Source: Geotalea daltonii FRC-32
GTDB taxonomy: Bacteria; Desulfobacterota; Desulfuromonadia; Geobacterales; Geobacteraceae
Assembly (NCBI RefSeq): GCF_000022265.1
Contig: NC_011979.1
Location: 3,480,001 to 3,512,000, forward strand
Reading direction: 5' to 3'
DNA length: 32,000 nt
Of this stretch, positions 30,895 through 32,000 are shown in pieces. The position numbers and the translations under genes are program-made. A model generated the notes under the pieces. The model saw nothing but the letters and a program-made list of their open reading frames with translations, was not told where the DNA came from and searched no databases. Numbering within the stretch: the first letter of the stretch is position 1; each line of letters begins with the position of its first letter.

Positions 30895-32000
30895 TCACGG
30901 AAGCAGCATTCTCAAAGGTCTCCGACACTTGTGCCAGAAACCGGTGTATTTGCAGCACAGGGCACAGTCCACTTTGACGGCCCAGGAATGGGCGATGATA
31001 CTACCGAGGACAAAAACAACTGCCGCTCCCAACACAAGTAAAACATCGATGCAGTTCATGTATCCGCACAATGATCTTACCCCACGAACCACTAAAAGCA
31101 GGAGCGTAAGGCCGGTCACGGCGAGAAAAGCCATGTACGATCCAACCCCAGAGCGTACCTCCTTGTCCATCTCCGCCAGTAATGACGATTTACTGCCGCT
31201 ATAGTGGGATTGGACCAATGTCGGAATTTGGGTTGAGATGGAGGTACCGGGCCAGTCGATACTCCCGCCGGTATCCATTTCGAACTTGAAGGGGATGTTG
31301 CCGGGGGAGTAGGTATCAGCACCGTTGACACCAGCGGTGCCGTTGGCGATTCTCTCGAAAATACTCACATGCAGCTTGGGGATGGGAATGTTGTGCTCAT
31401 CGCAGAGCTTGCGCAGGTCGCGGGGCGACCACCGGTAATACACGGCAACCCCGGCCCTTGAGTCGTACATCTTGTCATGGACATCTTGGTGCTCCCGGAC
31501 AAAGTCCAGGTCCTTTTGGATAAAGCAAAGCCCTGCCCGGCTCGCCTCGTTCATCATCCAGTCCAGTGTCACCAGGGACATCCCCTGTTTGGGATAGCCG
31601 CCTCCCACATTGGAATGGACACCGGAGAACCACACCTGCTTGATGCGTGTATCTGCGCCGTTCTTCTCGTTCCACAACTCGGGATGGAAGGTGCGGCGCT
31701 CTTCGTCCAGGGCCAATGCCTGGCAGGCCTGTGCCACCTCCGGTCCAAGGGTATTGTCGGCAAACCAGATCGGCCAGATGAAACGCCCGATGAAATCCCG
31801 CAATCCGTCGAAGGGGGTGCCAATGGCCCCCACCGTATCCCAGACCCCAATGAAGGCTATGTCGATACATTCCTCGGGATTGACCGCATGTTTCTCCCGT
31901 CGCCGACGCTTTGCCACTTCCCACTCTGCAGCGATATGCTCCTGGGATGGGATGGTCCTTTTTCGGTCATCGGCATCCTTCTGCCGAAAAGCGACCGTTC
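30895..32000 (-). CDS. DUF2235 (Tle1-like alpha/beta hydrolase) domain protein with C-terminal membrane anchor; 5' end outside window
   Basis: FIGVWDTVGAIG and VWFSGVHSNVGGGY are DUF2235 hallmarks. The frame stays open upstream of the track start (31917) to base 32000 (..TVAFRQKDADDRKRTIPSQEHIAAEWEVAKRRR..), so the N-terminal GxSxG part should lie off-window. Two C-terminal hydrophobic helices. Confidence 0.75.
   Translation of the reverse strand, partial: TVAFRQKDADDRKRTIPSQEHIAAEWEVAKRRRREKHAVNPEECIDIAFIGVWDTVGAIGTPFDGLRDFIGRFIWPIWFADNTLGPEVAQACQALALDEERRTFHPELWNEKNGADTRIKQVWFSGVHSNVGGGYPKQGMSLVTLDWMMNEASRAGLCFIQKDLDFVREHQDVHDKMYDSRAGVAVYYRWSPRDLRKLCDEHNIPIPKLHVSIFERIANGTAGVNGADTYSPGNIPFKFEMDTGGSIDWPGTSISTQIPTLVQSHYSGSKSSLLAEMDKEVRSGVGSYMAFLAVTGLTLLLLVVRGVRSLCGYMNCIDVLLVLGAAVVFVLGSIIAHSWAVKVDCALCCKYTGFWHKCRRPLRMLLP

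Noticed and set aside
30467-31204. Plus-strand ORF of 245 aa, and the nested minus-strand ORFs 31116..31331, 31475..31924 and 31569..31850.
   Set aside because: They are antisense to, or out of frame with, the DUF2235 and membrane-protein genes, which carry recognisable motifs and coupled SD/stop signals.

Overview
The window is almost fully coding and looks like a chromosomal segment from a Geobacter/Desulfuromonas-type bacterium, judging by OmcS-like and other multihaem c-type cytochromes and mid-50s %GC by eye. I found no rRNA, tRNA, CRISPR array, integrase or transposase. Contents in order:
(1) 1-7.8 kb, minus strand: an OmcS-family hexahaem 'nanowire' cytochrome with companion genes (NHL propeller, YVTN propeller lipoprotein, 746-aa outer-membrane beta-barrel, two TolB-N/DUF799-like lipoproteins).
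(2) A CusRS-like two-component system, an orphan CheW and DinB.
(3) A cell-shape-type module: M23 peptidase, bactofilin, ParA/MinD-like ATPase, and a J-like/RodZ-like HTH protein.
(4) A lipoprotein cytochrome built from four tandem monohaem domains joined by Pro/Thr linkers.
(5) A long minus-strand run: Mre11/SbcD, a GxxExxY gene cassette flanked by hairpin repeats, Rad50/SbcC, a periplasmic glutaredoxin-like protein, a zinc-ribbon membrane protein and a Cdh-like protein.
(6) Immediately upstream on the same strand: a compositionally odd three-gene operon with its own palindromic operators. It encodes an HsdR-N-type PD-(D/E)xK nuclease-like protein, a 213-aa orphan and a membrane-anchored HerA-type ATPase. 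This is my best candidate for an undescribed system, either defence or DNA-end processing.
(7) A membrane-anchored DUF2235 (Tle1-like hydrolase) operon running off the right edge.
All family calls come from motif recognition by eye; no searches were run.
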